38,135 nt of DNA. It comes from Reclinomonas americana ATCC 50394 (Eukaryota). Made by a program: the position numbers and the translations under genes. Below the pieces are notes generated by a model. It was not told the origin of the DNA. It did not search any database and worked only from the letters and a program-made list of their open reading frames with translations. Positions 12,627-25,800 of the stretch are shown in pieces (the first letter of the stretch is position 1; the number at the start of each line of letters is the position of its first letter). The stretch lies in contig PS015021.1 in the NCBI GenBank assembly GCA_048213135.1, forward strand, positions 45,759 through 83,893, in the 5' to 3' direction.

Positions 12627-15283
12627 TCATCCAAATTTCATCTCGACAGCCAGTGCCACGTCGCCTGCAACACAATAGAGACGTATCAGTGAGCACCAAT
12701 AGAGACCGCCGATGCACACGCCATCTCACCTCCAGCGCGATGCAGTAGCCTCTCTGCCTCATCGCGAATGACTCCGGCAAACTCTTGCACCGTCCGAATA
12801 TCTTCCTCGGTAATCTGCCTCCTGCGTTCTCCACCGCCCTCACCGCCACCGGCAGCACCCGCTCCCGCACCAGCTCGCCCTGCCGCACCCACCGGGGCAC
12901 CACCGCCACCACCACCAGCACCGCGCTCACCCGCGGCCCTGGCACGCTCGCCCTCTGCAGCCGCACCCTCGTCGTCATCGTCGTCATCATCGTCGTCACT
13001 CGAAGACTCGTCGAGGCCTGGTGCCGCGCGCATGCGCAATGCGGCCTCCACCGCGCCGCTGACTTGGCGACGGAAATGCTCCACCATGAGACTGCGTGCG
13101 CCAAAACCGCGCGGCGGAGGATCCGCCCGCATGCCCGTCGTCGCTCCATCGTCGGCCTGATCGTCGGCGTTGTCCTGATCATCGGCATTGCTCGATGATG
13201 ATGATGCATCACGCGCCTCGAAGACCGCCTCCAGTCCGTCGACCACGGCACTCCGACGCATGCCTGCATAGCTCACGGCGTAGCGTCGAGGCGGCGACAG
13301 TGGCGGCCGCAGCGCCCTCTCCACACCGCCTCCTCTTCCTCGTCCTCCTGTTCCCATTCCTCCTACACCAGCACCACCACTGCTGCTGTTGCTCTCGGGT
13401 GGACCACGGTTCGGTGGCATTCCGCGACCGGCAGGCACCGCAATGCCCGGCGGTGGTGGTGGCGGCGGCGGTGGCGGAATGTACCGTCGCGACAAGTATC
13501 TCGACGGTGGTCCCACGCCCCACGGTCGTGGGGACGAATCGCCAACCTCGTAGCGACTGCGAGAGAGAGAGAGAGAGGTGAGAAGTCAAAGGCAAGTGGA
13601 AATAAACCCTTCCTGTTTTCAGAATCACTCCACCTCCTTCGCAACCAAGCCCTCCTCGCCTGCACCTCCTCTTCCGACATTTGGGGTTCGGATGACTCGC
13701 CAAACCGCCATCGCACGCGCGGATTCATCAGCGCATCTGCGTCGGCCTGCTCGCGCGGCCCATACGCATTTCGTTGTTGTTGTTGCTGCTGCTGCTGTTG
13801 CAGAAGTCCAGCCGCGAGGCCCTGCCGACGCGACAAGGAGAACGGATTTTGCCGTCGTCGCTCTGTCGACGGCGGTGCCAGCGGAAACATTTCCATGGAC
13901 AGTGGCGGCGGTGGCGGCGGTGGTGGTGGCGGCGGCGGCGGTAGCGACATCCGCATGTCGGTGTACGATGGCGACGGCCACGGCACATCGGGCGAGTCAC
14001 TCGGATCTCGCTCCTCGAAAAAGGCGGCAAAGGGGAATCGCGCCAAGTCTTCTTGCCACACGCCCCAGTGAGCGACAATGCTGCCACAAGTTTCACGAGA
14101 CGCACAACAGGGACACACCTTCCCACGACGGCGACATCTCATACTCCTTTCTCTCACTGTAATCGGCCACAGCATAGCTGGAGAAACGAACGTCCAAGTC
14201 GTCGTGCGTCTCCTCATACAATGCGTGCATTCCCAAAGCTCGCTCTAACCTGTCAAAGGGGAGGAGTGCTTCAACAAGAGGCCACAGGAGGGGGGGGGGG
14301 GGGGGGGGTGAGTGCGGCAAGAAGGGCACGCAACGTAGACTGCAGTTGGATGCCGCGGGAGCTGATTCCACGCCGCAAATTCATGCCACAGTCTACCATG
14401 AAAAACAACTCTTGCAGCATGCGCTGCAACTCTGGAACCTCCGAGATCAGCTCGCCCCGCAAAATCTCCGACAGCGAGGAAACCACGGTCGACGGATTCT
14501 GAAGAAGAGAAGAGTTCAGCGAAACACTGACAATACGACAACAGAACTGCAAGAGAAACGGGTAAAGGGCAAGAAAATGGATAGAGTGACACATAAAGAA
14601 GGATGAAAACGAAACTGCGAGAGTAAGAAAGAGACGAAAGACGACACGGCGAGAGTTCGAGCCACACAGACAGTTCCCAACTCCAACAAAACTCACGATT
14701 TCTAATTGAGCCAACAGGCTCGGTGGTGGCGCCGACGAAGTCGACGGCGTGAATAACAAGAGAACCAAACAACTGCGGAATTGATCATGTACATGCGAGG
14801 TGCGCTCGAACTTGGTCGCCACCTCGCCTATTCCTTTCGTGTGAGACGAGGAAAAAAAGTAGGGCGGTGGCACGTGACGCACCCAACACATCGCGCGCAA
14901 ACTCCAGCACTTCGCGATCGCCTGCCTCCAGACCGACCGACTTGCAGCGCTGAATAAACTCGCATTTGCGCAACTCAAAGTACAACTCGGGGTGCTGAGT
15001 GGCGAAACTCGGCACCACCGAGCTCATCAAGTGAACCACGGAGGAGATGTTGCGCTCCTGCACCGCCAGGCGCAGAGCACGCAGCATTTCCGCCAAGCTC
15101 TTGCCGGGCGTCTGTATACAGGGGAAGTGAGTGAGATGGTGCAAGGGAAGCGGGGGAGGGAAAGAGAGAGAGGAGAGGAATAAGATAAATGCAAGCAGAA
15201 GGCGAGAGAGATAGAGAGAGACGGCGAGAGAGACAACAGGAAGCGACAGCGTGACAAAAAAGGAAGGAAAATGAAGGAAGGGA

Positions 15284-15362
<79 letters not shown>

Positions 15363-18300
15363 CGAGAGGAAGAGAGGAAGAGAGAGAGGGAGAGAGAACA
15401 TTTAACTAACGCACCGAGGCCGGCGTCGTGGATGACACCGAGGTCTCCGTCACATTTGAGGCGTTCCCCCCACGGTGCTTAACACGAGGAATCTCGCACT
15501 GAGAGGCCTCCACCAGTCCGCGCTTGACGCAATAGTCGCACGCAATGGGCAGCACCACCAGCGAGTTGAGAGCCACAGCCTGGAATGCAGAACAAGGTGA
15601 GATCACTGGCGGCTGCGTGAAAGTCACCAACTCCCTCGCGCACCTGCAACGAACGCATAAAGGCGTCCACCGTGCTGCACCCAGCACAACTGCGCAACAG
15701 TTCCTCCGTCTGTGGCCACCGAATGCCCAAGACTTCCGACAGGAGGCGCACACTCGCGTCCAGCGACTCGCGATTATCGCGAATCACAGGTCTCAGAATG
15801 CCCTCGGCGTCCTCGTCTTCGATGCTGCACGGGCGGGCATGAGTGCACAACAAGAGGAAAGGATGAGATGTGAGGAGTCCCGAAACGCAACTGCCGCGCG
15901 GCCAGGAACGACATCACCTTGTCGTGCTGCAAGCGAATGCTGTCATTACTCTGCATGGCTCCAGCGATCGACCGCACCAGATGCTTCAGCACAGGCATCA
16001 GCATCACATCGGCCACGTTGAAGCAGGCGCGAAGAGCGCGCTGCACGCGGAAGCGCAGAGACAGTCGCAGTTCATCGTCCCTGAGCGAATAGGTGAGCGC
16101 CAAGGGCGGAAAGAGAAGTCAGATTTTTCCTCCACTCACCAGTCCAACAAGGCATCCCAGTTGGCGTCCTCGTCAACCGACGGCAGCACCATTGGCAGCA
16201 GTTCGTCGCACAGTCGCTCCACCAACACAGATTCACTCTCACGCGTCAAGGGCATCAACAGCTGCAAGGGAGCACGTCGCAGGGCATCGCGGAGGAATTC
16301 GCCGGCCTCGTGATTGTTGGATCCGGTGACGGTCGGTCCCCGCATCTCACGCGCCAACTCGTCGATCTCCTCATCCTCGAACACTGAAGAGCGCAAGTTG
16401 TGTCGTCGTTTTGTTGGCGGCGCCAGGCCACTGGTGTCGTCCAGCTGCATTCGCCGGCCCAACAGCGCGCCCGACCATTGCAATTCGGAGTGCGGAGAGC
16501 TCGGCCGCCTCTCACTGACACTGCTGCTGCTGCTGCTGCTGCTGTTGGATTCCCCGTTGCCGAGGAACCGATCGTGGGTGGGTAGTGGCAGCCGCTCGCT
16601 GTCGCCGCTGCCACGGAATCGAATACTGGGCGACCTCGACGGCGGTGGCGGCGGTGGCAGCAACAGAGGTGGTGGTGTTGGCGATAGAGGCGTGCGAGCC
16701 GGAGAGCGCAGCGGCAGGGTAGTGGTCGTTGTTGTCGTGGTTGATGCTGCCGGCTGCGCAAGTCGGGTGGCGGGGGCAACTCGTGGCATGCGCCTCTGAG
16801 AGGAACTGCGCGACGCCTCATGCAACTCCACCGCCCGTCGCACCGCGGCCATGACCTGCAACTGTCGGAGAGCCATCCACAGGCAGGGAAAGCGGGTGGG
16901 AAAGTCGGGTAGCGAGGCCTCGATTTCGTCGGCCGCGAAGCGGAGGTTGCCGGTGGCGATGGCGGTGCCGATTTTCTGTGCAAGAGGTATTGAGGAAAAG
17001 GGGAAAGAGAGCGAGGGAGAGGGAGAGGGAGAGGGAGANNNNNNNNNNNNNNNNNNNNNNNNNNNNNNNNNNNNNNNNNNNNNNNNNNNNNNNNNNNNNN
17101 NNNNNNNNNNNNNNNNNNNNNNNNNNNNNNNNNNNNNNNNNNNNNNNNNNNNNNNNNNNNNNNNNNNNNNNNNNNNNNNNNNNNNNNNNNNNNNNNNNNN
17201 NNNNNNNNNNNNNNNNNNNNNNNNNNNNNNNNNNNNNNNNNNNNNNNNNNNNNNNNNNNNNNNNNNNNNNNNNNNNNNNNNNNNNNNNNNNNNNNNNNNN
17301 NNNNNNNNNNNNNNNNNNNNNNNNNNNNNNNNNNNNNNNNNNNNNNNNNNNNNNNNNNNNNNNNNNNNNNNNNNNNNNNNNNNNNNNNNNNNNNNNNNNN
17401 NNNNNNNNNNNNNNNNNNNNNNNNNNNNNNNNNNNNNNNNNNNNNNNNNNNNNNNNNNNNNNNNNNNNNNNNNNNNNNNNNNNNNNNNNNNNNNNNNNNN
17501 NNNNNNNNNNNNNNNNNNNNNNNNNNNNNNNNNNNNNNNNNNNNNNNNNNNNNNNNNNNNNNNNNNNNNNNNNNNNNNNNNNNNNNNNNNNNNNNNNNNN
17601 NNNNNNNNNNNNNNNNNNNNNNNNNNNNNNNNNNNNNNNNNNNNNNNNNNNNNNNNNNNNNNNNNNNNNNNNNNNNNNNNNNNNNNNNNNNNNNNNNNNN
17701 NNNNNNNNNNNNNNNNNNNNNNNNNNNNNNNNNNNNNNNNNNNNNNNNNNNNNNNNNNNNNNNNNNNNNNNNNNNNNNNNNNNNNNNNNNNNNNNNNNNN
17801 NNNNNNNNNNNNNNNNNNNNNNNNNNNNNNNNNNNNNNNNNNNNNNNNNNNNNNNNNNNNNNNNNNNNNNNNNNNNNNNNNNNNNNNNNNNNNNNNNNNN
17901 NNNNNNNNNNNNNNNNNNNNNNNNNNNNNNNNNNNNNNNNNNNNNNNNNNNNNNNNNNNNNNNNNNNNNNTGAGGGTGAGGGAAAGAGGGAAAGGGAGGC
18001 AAGAACGCAGATCGGGGCATCATGCAAAGGCGACTGACTGCGAGAGATTACGTGGAGTGGGAAGCAGCAGGCGCACAGTGGCAAGGTGAATGGATACCAG
18101 AGAATGCAACAGCCGGGAAGTAGTCGGCAGGCATGGAGAACAGACAACCAGAGTCAGACGGAAGAAACATGAGCGAGACGGCACTGGACTGAAAAGCACA
18201 GTCATGAAGGCAGAAGAGAAGCATTGCAATGGATAATGGATGCCGGACATGAGAAACACGAGCGCGAGTGCAACGAGAATGCACTGGAAAGAATGCTACC

Positions 18301-19259
18301 CGAGTACGCGAGACAGAGAAAAACGGATTGAGAGTCAAAGTGAATGCATCACAAGGAACATGTATGCGAATTCGAAAGATGGAGACTGCATCCAACTGAG
18401 AGCACAGAAACGAAAGGCACAGGGAACACACTGGATACAAAATCGATGACTAGCAAAATCGATGACTGGCATGAGAAATATGAGAGACTTGTGGTCAGAG
18501 AGACAACTGAGATAGACGGAAAATCGAGGAGCCCACTCTCCGCACAGTGCGACAGACCACTCTCGTTGTTCCCCAGAGTGTGCACTTCTCCCCTCTTCCC
18601 TCTTCCCCCAAACAAGCTGCAATTCGCGCGTTCCACTCAACATGTGTCCACGCAATCTTCCCCTCCAGCGTATCCAGTGACCACGAATTCCCAGATGCAG
18701 CAGCACCTCCCGCCGCTCCGTTACACACAGCCAGCGCCGCAAGAGCCGAGGTGACCGAGGCAGAAGGCGGCTGCCGAATTGCTGTTGTGTAAGCCGCGCT
18801 TGTGTAGACCAATGTCGAAGTCGAAGTCGAGGAAGACGACGAGGAAGACGACGACAACGAAGAAGAGGGTGACGTGGAGTTGCGCACACATCCCTCAAGG
18901 CAAATGTACGCGAGAACAGCATCGTCTGTGCAACGCGCGCGACAGTGTGGTCAGAGTCGCGATGGAGATGGCCGCACGCACACAAACGCAGAGCAGCTAG
19001 AGACACAGTGAGGAGTACACAAAGACCGCCAGGTACAGAAGGTGCGCGTGAGAAGAGAGAAAGAGAGTGGGCGTGCGCGGGAAAACACAAACAAAGTGAT
19101 CATCACACACAAACACACACACGCACCCAGCGCAGACAGTTTAAGTTTCGCTGTGCGTGCCTCTCCTGCTGCCTCCTCTTCCCCACCCAGCAGCGGCGGC
19201 GGCGGCGGAGGCGGCGGAGGAAGAGGCACAGGCGACGACAACGCGCGCTCGTCCTCCAT
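12627..19259 (-). CDS. Protein with tandem LisH-CTLH(-CRA-like) modules and a C-terminal UBA-like domain
   Basis: Exons 19259-19127, (18996-18988), 18925-18642, 16975-16140, 16080-15892 (possibly split by 15977-15927), 15824-15644, 15579-15415, 15111-14883, 14833-14697, 14498-14335, 14249-14119, 14051-13634, 13556-12730 and 12664-12627 (TGA). LisH-like segments: LHDAVLAYICLEG and VVLPIACDYCVKRGLV. CTLH-like segments: KIGTAIATGNLRFAADEIEASLPDFPTRFPCLWMALRQLQ and ALRLAVQERNISSVVHLMSSVVPSFATQHPELYFELRKCEFI. UBA-like end: ITEEDIRTVQEFAGVIRDEAERLLHRAGGDVALAVEMKFG. One intron spans an N-gap. Confidence 0.8.
15288..15347. repeat. (GAAA)n microsatellite in an intron
   Basis: Pure tetranucleotide array on the + strand. 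Confidence 0.95.
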
Positions 19260-19510
19260 TTGAGCGCAATTTCGTTCCACGGCCCGCTGCAGCCGACGGA
19301 AGCGTGTCAGTTCACTGCGCTTTTAGACTGAGAAAGAGGACACAAGTCGCACTTGCTCTCTCTCACACACTCACACTCTCACGCACACACAAGAGAGAGA
19401 TAAGGAAGACAATCAGCTTTCTCTCTCTTCTCTCTTCTCTCTGTGTTTACTGAGTTATTGTCAACCGATCTTCCGATCTTTCTCTCTCTCTCTTTCTCTT
19501 TGTGTGAGAG
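19260..19510. promoter_or_regulatory. Compact 251-bp bidirectional promoter region between the CTLH gene and CSPP1
   Basis: Diverging ATGs at 19259(-) and 19511(+); depends on my start-codon choices. Confidence 0.55.
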
Positions 19511-19801
19511 ATGTCACGTGCGATTGGAGGAGCTGTTGTGCAGGCGAGAGGAAGAGGTAAGTGTGTGTGTGTGTGTTTTGTGAGTGAAAAGTGTGGAGAA
19601 GTGAGTGAGTGCGTGAGAGAGTGTGAGTGTCCGATATCGAGGCATGTGTGAGAGTGAGTCTGTGTGAGTGTTTGTCTGTGTGCTGTGTGTGTGTGTGTGA
19701 GAGAGGAGGCACACAGATCGTCCCGAGCCTCATATTCACTCATTGCCTGATTGATAAACTCCTCACTCACTCCCTCCCTCCTTCCCTTGCTTCCTCTCTT
19801 C

Positions 19802-19836
<35 letters not shown>

Positions 19837-22800
19837 CCACCTTCTCATCCCCCTTTTCCCCACCCTCTCATCCCGCTTTCCTCTCACCCTCCCTCAGACG
19901 CCGTCGACCGGCTTCAGGCCGCCGACACCAGCAACCGCACCAAACGCGACGACATGTGGGAAAAGAAGCGCCAGATGCATGCAAATCGTCTCGGAGCTGC
20001 GCCCACAGTCGCCGCACCTTCCATGATTCGTCCTGCAGGCGCAGCCATAGGCATGGGAGGAGGCGCTGCTGTTGTGCGTCACGTGTCGGATCTTTCTCCG
20101 ATGGATGGGGATCTGTACGAGGATGCGTATCGTGGAGGCGGAGGCGGAGGTGGTGCGAGTAATGCGGTGCATGGGAGACGCAGTGCGCAGCACTTGAGGG
20201 ATCGTGTGTCGCCGGCTGTGTCGCCGCGGCATCACTCGGCGGAGCGGCAGCCGCCTCCGCCACCGTTGCAGCCGCCTGTGTCGAGTTGTGTGTGATGGGA
20301 AGGGGGTCGAAGCAAGCAGTGGCCTGTCGTGTCTCTCTCTTCCCTTGATGTGCTTCTTTCTTCTCGCCCAAGCCGTGTGCAGATTCAGGAGAGTACCGTC
20401 CTGCTAGGGGAAGGGGTTTGACACAGCCCCAAGCTGCTGAATCTGTAGTCTTTGCATCGTCTCTTCCTCCGCTTGCTTCCCATTTCATGTGCCATTCGTG
20501 GCGTGCGATTTCTGCCGTCTGTACTCAGTATACTCAGTACTTCCCTTACCCCCTTTGCTTCTCCCTCACATTCCTGGCCCAGAGCTGCTGAATCTGTCGT
20601 TTTTTCTTCGTCTCCCCCTCCGCTTCCTATTTCATGTGCCATTCATGGCGTGCGATTACCCACTGCCAGCGCCGTCTGTAATCGTTGCTTACCTTCCCCC
20701 CTTTGCTTCTCCCTCACTCCATGCTCACATTCCTGGCCCGGAGCTGCTGAATATGTCGTCTCCCCGTCAGTTCCTCTGCCACCTTCCCATGCATGTCATT
20801 TTTTCACTGCCACAGCCATCTGTACTCTTTGCTCCCCAGCGCCTTCGGTACTCTTCACCCCCTTCCTTCTTTTGCTCCACACTTCCCCCATTCTGGATAT
20901 ATCGTCTTCGTCAGCTTGTCCTCCGCTTCCTGCCCATTCCGTTGGCACGTTGAGATTGTTCTTTATTATTTCCTTCGCTCCTTCTCTTCCCCTTTGCTCC
21001 TCCCTCCCTCCGTCCATCCTTCTCACTCTCCCCCTTCCCCTCCACCACAGTGGCCTGGGGCGACGCCAATGGCGGGGCACAAGATCGCAAGCAGCAATAC
21101 GCACGCGACTTGCAACGCCAGATGGAGGAACAGAAGCGCCGTGATGCGCCCGCTGCGAATGGCGGTGGTGGTGGTGGCGGTGGTGGTCTGTTTGCTGGAC
21201 TCGGAGAGCATGGGCAGGGCAATGCGAAGCGACAGTACGCCGAGGAGTTGCAGCGGCAGATGGAGGAGAAGAAGAGACGCGAGGCGGCGGAAAATGGTCG
21301 TGGCGGTGGCGGTGGCGGTGGCGGTGGCGGTGGCGGTGGCGGTGGCGGAGCGGGCACGCACCTCGCACCCCCACCGCAAGCTGGTACGGGTGGTGGCGAC
21401 ATGTTTTCTGGTCTTGGCGAGCGGCAGCAATTGACACCACGGAGGCAGTATGCCATGGAGCTTGGTGAGTGCGTGGGAGAAGGAGTGATGGGAAGATGCA
21501 TTCTCTCTGCTCACCCTTTTATTGTTTGTGTCGCGCAGAGCGACAGATGCAAGAGAAAAAAGCGCGTGAACAGGCCGAGAAGGATCGTGATCGGCAGCTG
21601 GTTCGTCGTAGCCATCCTGATTCCTCCTCTCACCGCACACGGATGATCTCACCTCCTTTCGCCATATACAGTACGGCAATCGTGGTCAAGGAGACCAGGG
21701 ACGGTGTGCAGGCTTTCACTCACTCCATTTTGCGGTTGTCACCTCGTGTGTCTCATCTCTTCTATCTCGCGCGCAGTGGTTCCAATGCGAGACAGCAGTA
21801 CGCTGAAGATCTTCGTTGCGTGCCTCACTGGCCTTTACGTCATCAATTTCTCCCATACTCACTCAATTTCACGCAGAGCGCCAGATTGCCGAGAAGCAGC
21901 AGCGTGAGGCCATGGAGAATGGCAACGGTCGTGTCGCTGCCGGTCGTCGTGCAGGTGCGCCGGCGGCACCTGCGGAGGAGTACTTCCCGTTCGGCCGACC
22001 TGGAGCTGGGGCCCCCCTTCGCGATCAACAAGGCAACGCCACGGCCGTGTATGGCGCGCGTGAGGTGCGTGAAGTGTGCGTCCGTTCTGCGTCTTTCACA
22101 GGCTGAATGACGAGCGGGACATTCTTCACAGCCCATGTACACGTTCCAGGCGCCCGCCCCGCCACCGCCGGGTGCAGCACTGTATCAAGTGCCGGCATTC
22201 ACTGCGTATCCACCCATGACATACGCTGCGGCGCCTGTTGTTGTGGTTGGCACATCGGCTCGCGGCTACGATGACTACGGGAGACCGCAGCAGGGCGGCA
22301 TGGATCCCTACGGCAACAGCGCGTACGGTTCCACGGTTCGCTCTTGTTTCCTCTCGTTTTCACAGACCTGCGAGACACGCTTGTGCTGAACAATCGCTCG
22401 CTGCAGATGCGCGACATGGGTCCGCCGCCGGGGGCGATGCATTATGGCGGTGGCCCACCGATGCAACAACAGCAGCAGCAGCAACCGCAGCAACAGCGCT
22501 CACCAGGTGTGGGGCCCGGTGCCGCCAACAAGACTGATTATGCCAGGGAACTTGGTGAGCTCATCTCCTCATCATCCATGCTTTGGCTGTCATTGACAAG
22601 CTCACTTTCCTCCACCCTTCCACCCAGAAATGCAAATTGCGGCCAAGGATGCTGCCAAGAGGCGAGCCAAGGACGAGGAGCGTGATCGCGACAGAAGGGT
22701 ACGCAGTGCAACCTTCTTGAAATGCTTTTCCGTGATGCAATCATTATGCTCATCGCTTGTGCGCGTACAGCAAATGGCAGAGGCCGCTGCGTACAATCCG

Positions 22801-25800
22801 TTTGGCAGACCGGGCGCTGGCGCACCAATGCGCGATGCCGCCGGCAACAACGTGGCGAACCTGAAGGAATATGTTGCGTCTCATTCTCAGAAATGTATAC
22901 TTTTCCCTCTTCTTCTTCTCACCGCGCCTGCAGCTCGGAAGTCCGCGATCGCACTATCAGCCACCGCCGCCTGGACCCTCGTCCGCCTACAACATGTATG
23001 CTGGAGCACCGGCGTCACCGCCGCCACAGCACCACCACCACAATCACCACGACCGCCACGACCGCCACAATCACCATGACCGCCACGACCACCACGACCA
23101 CCACGACGCACACAATCGTGGACTGGCCACTCACGAACAAGCTCATCACCATCACCACTCATCGGTGGTGTTTGGCAACGACGCGAGTCCGTTTGCCAGC
23201 AACGAGCCATCGCGTCATCGACCGGGCGACGGGCTGCGTGAGTTGGCCGGCACCCGAGTCGACCCTGGAGCGGCCGCCAAGGCCAGCTCGTACAAGTCAG
23301 AGTTGGAGCAGCAGATTCGTGAGAAGGAGGAACGCAAGAAGCGCGAAAAGGAGGAGTTGCGGATGCGCGAGCTTAAGGAGGAGCGTGAGAGGGCGGCGTA
23401 CAATCCGTGGGGCAAGCCGGGAGCGGGTGCGTTACTCTCTTGCCATTGCGCCCTTCTCCCTTTCTCGAGTCTCACATGTCCCCGCAGGTGCTCCCATTCG
23501 TGGTGCCGACGGAAACGCCGTGACCAACCTGAAGGAGGCGCGCGGTCGTGCCCAACAGCCGCCGTCACCACCGCGCTCACCACCGCCGCGTCGCGGAGGT
23601 CGCAGTCGAACACCGAGTCCTGATCCAATGACGCGTGGTCGCGGAGGAGGAGCACAACAGGCGCCACCACCGCCGCAGTCGTCGGCACCGCAAGCTGGCT
23701 CGCCGAGTGAGGAGACCAAGTTCCTGCGTCGCGGCTTTGAGAATTGTCACCCGGAGATTGTGGAGGCCAAGCAACGCGAAGCGCGCAAGCGCGAAGAGTT
23801 GCAAGCGGTGCTGCGACAGCAGGTGGAGGAGAAGAAGCGCGCGCAGGAGGCCGAAAAGCGCCGCGAACGCGAGGAGGAACGTGCTGAGATGGAGCGCTTG
23901 GAGCGGCAGCGGTTGGAGTTGGAGCGGCAGGCCGAGGAGGAGAAGCGCGAAAAGGAACGCAAGGAGCGTGCGCAAAAGGGAGGACGCGCCGGCAATACCG
24001 AGGATCACGGTTGCGTGAGGGGAAACTGAGGAAGGGGAAGGGAATGGGAATCGATGTTGTCTTACATTATTTTGTGCTGCACACAGGCACCGAGGCTGGC
24101 ATCACCATTCTCGCACCCAAGAGGAGAGGTGGCGGGCGTCGCACGCCTCCTCCGTCGCCGCCGACGCGAGATGTGCCTCCGCAACCAAAGCCATCGATGG
24201 CGGAGCCTGCCACGGCGCGGCAGGGTCGTCGCGGTGGGCCGGCGATTGACCGCGGCTCGGCCGCCGACCCGTTCGCCCCGCTGGACGACGACGTGCGTGC
24301 GCCGTCGCCGCCTGTCGGGCGCAGCATGCAACCGACTCGTGGACCGGCCAGGCCGGCTGGAGCCGATGTGCCGATGCGACGACGCGCTCCCGATTTCGAC
24401 GCCGACTCTCCGTCGCCACCCCCGCCACCCCCGCAGCAGCGCACCATGAGCATGTATGGTGGCCCGAGCAGTGCTGGTGGTGGTGCGGGCATGGCGGAGG
24501 AGCTGAACCGTCTCAAGGAGCAGCTGGTGCACGAGCAGGATCGTGTCGCGCGAGTCATGCTGGAGCAGCAGCGTGCCATTCGGGAGCAGCTCGAGCAGCA
24601 GCAGCGCGCCATGGAGGAGCTGAAGCGCATCAATGAGAGGCGGGAGCGAGAGGCCGCCACCCGTGAGCATGAGTTGACGGAGCGGGAGAATGATTTGCGC
24701 GATGTGTTGCGCAAGGATTTCGAGGGCCTGGTGCATCAGGGGTCACCGCAGAGTCATGCGGCGAAGAGGTGAGCGAGGGGAGGAAAAAAGGGAAAGGAGG
24801 AGGGAAAGGGAAGGGGAGGGAGAGGGTGAGGGAAGAGGTGAGAGACGTGCAGTTCGATGAGCAGAGGAATGGAAGTGGGGAGAAGGGGCGAGGATGGGGA
24901 GAGAAGAGCGAAAAAGGAAGCAGAGTGAGATGTGCAGTGGGATGAACAGAGGGACGGGGAAATCGATGCCCAGAGAGTGGAGATCAGAGAGGTGAGCAGA
25001 GAAGCGAGCATTGAGGTTAACAGAGGACTGGCAAGAGAAAAGGGGTTTGAGAAAGCGAAGACCAAGTCGAGGAAGTGTTGGACAGCTTCTTGGTCAGAGA
25101 GATGAGCAGAGGTGCAAGCTGGGAGATGGGTCGGCCAGAGATATGGACAGAGGAAGTACGTAGGAATGCAAGAATGGAGGTGGACATTAGGTGGAAAAGA
25201 TGGCAGCTTGTAAGCGAAGAAACAAGAACTGTGTCGGGGAGTGATTGGAGAAGCCACGTGCGTGCTTGGCAGCTGACTTGCTTCGGTTGTTGTGCAGGTT
25301 GATGCGGGAGCAGGAGAACATGATTCGACGACAGGAGAAGGATCTGGAGTACATGCGGGCCGTGAGGTGCGAATGGGATCGACTTCGCTGCTGTTCATTC
25401 ACTCTCACGCTCACATATTCTGCATGCGCGCAGCAACGACCGCGACTCAAATCGCAAGCCGCGTCTGGGTCTCGAGCGTGACACCCTGGTGAGTGCTGGG
25501 TGTGAATGCACTTGGGCTTGCAGCTGGATCGCTGACGCGTCTTCGTTCACTGCAGGTCGACGTATCGCTGGCTGGCGACAGTCGGTTCATGGAGCCGGAA
25601 TACAGCGAAATGTCGCCACTCGCGCAGCATCGTCGTTGCGTGACGTCGTGTCGTAATCCCTCACTCGCCACCGGCTTGGTGTATTCACAACAAGTGACTC
25701 ATTGCAGCGCCGAGCGCGGCCACGGTGGAGAGCCTGGGCGCCGAGAGCCTGTACTCGCGAAACGACAAGAAGCTGCGCTCGCTGGAGAAGCTGGACAAGG

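Noticed and set aside
7408-15977. Stop-free 3n short introns (7455-7408, 7999-7940, 15977-15927) as a regulated retention system
   Set aside because: GC-rich introns of 48-60 nt often lack stops by chance, and without cDNA I cannot prove all three are introns.
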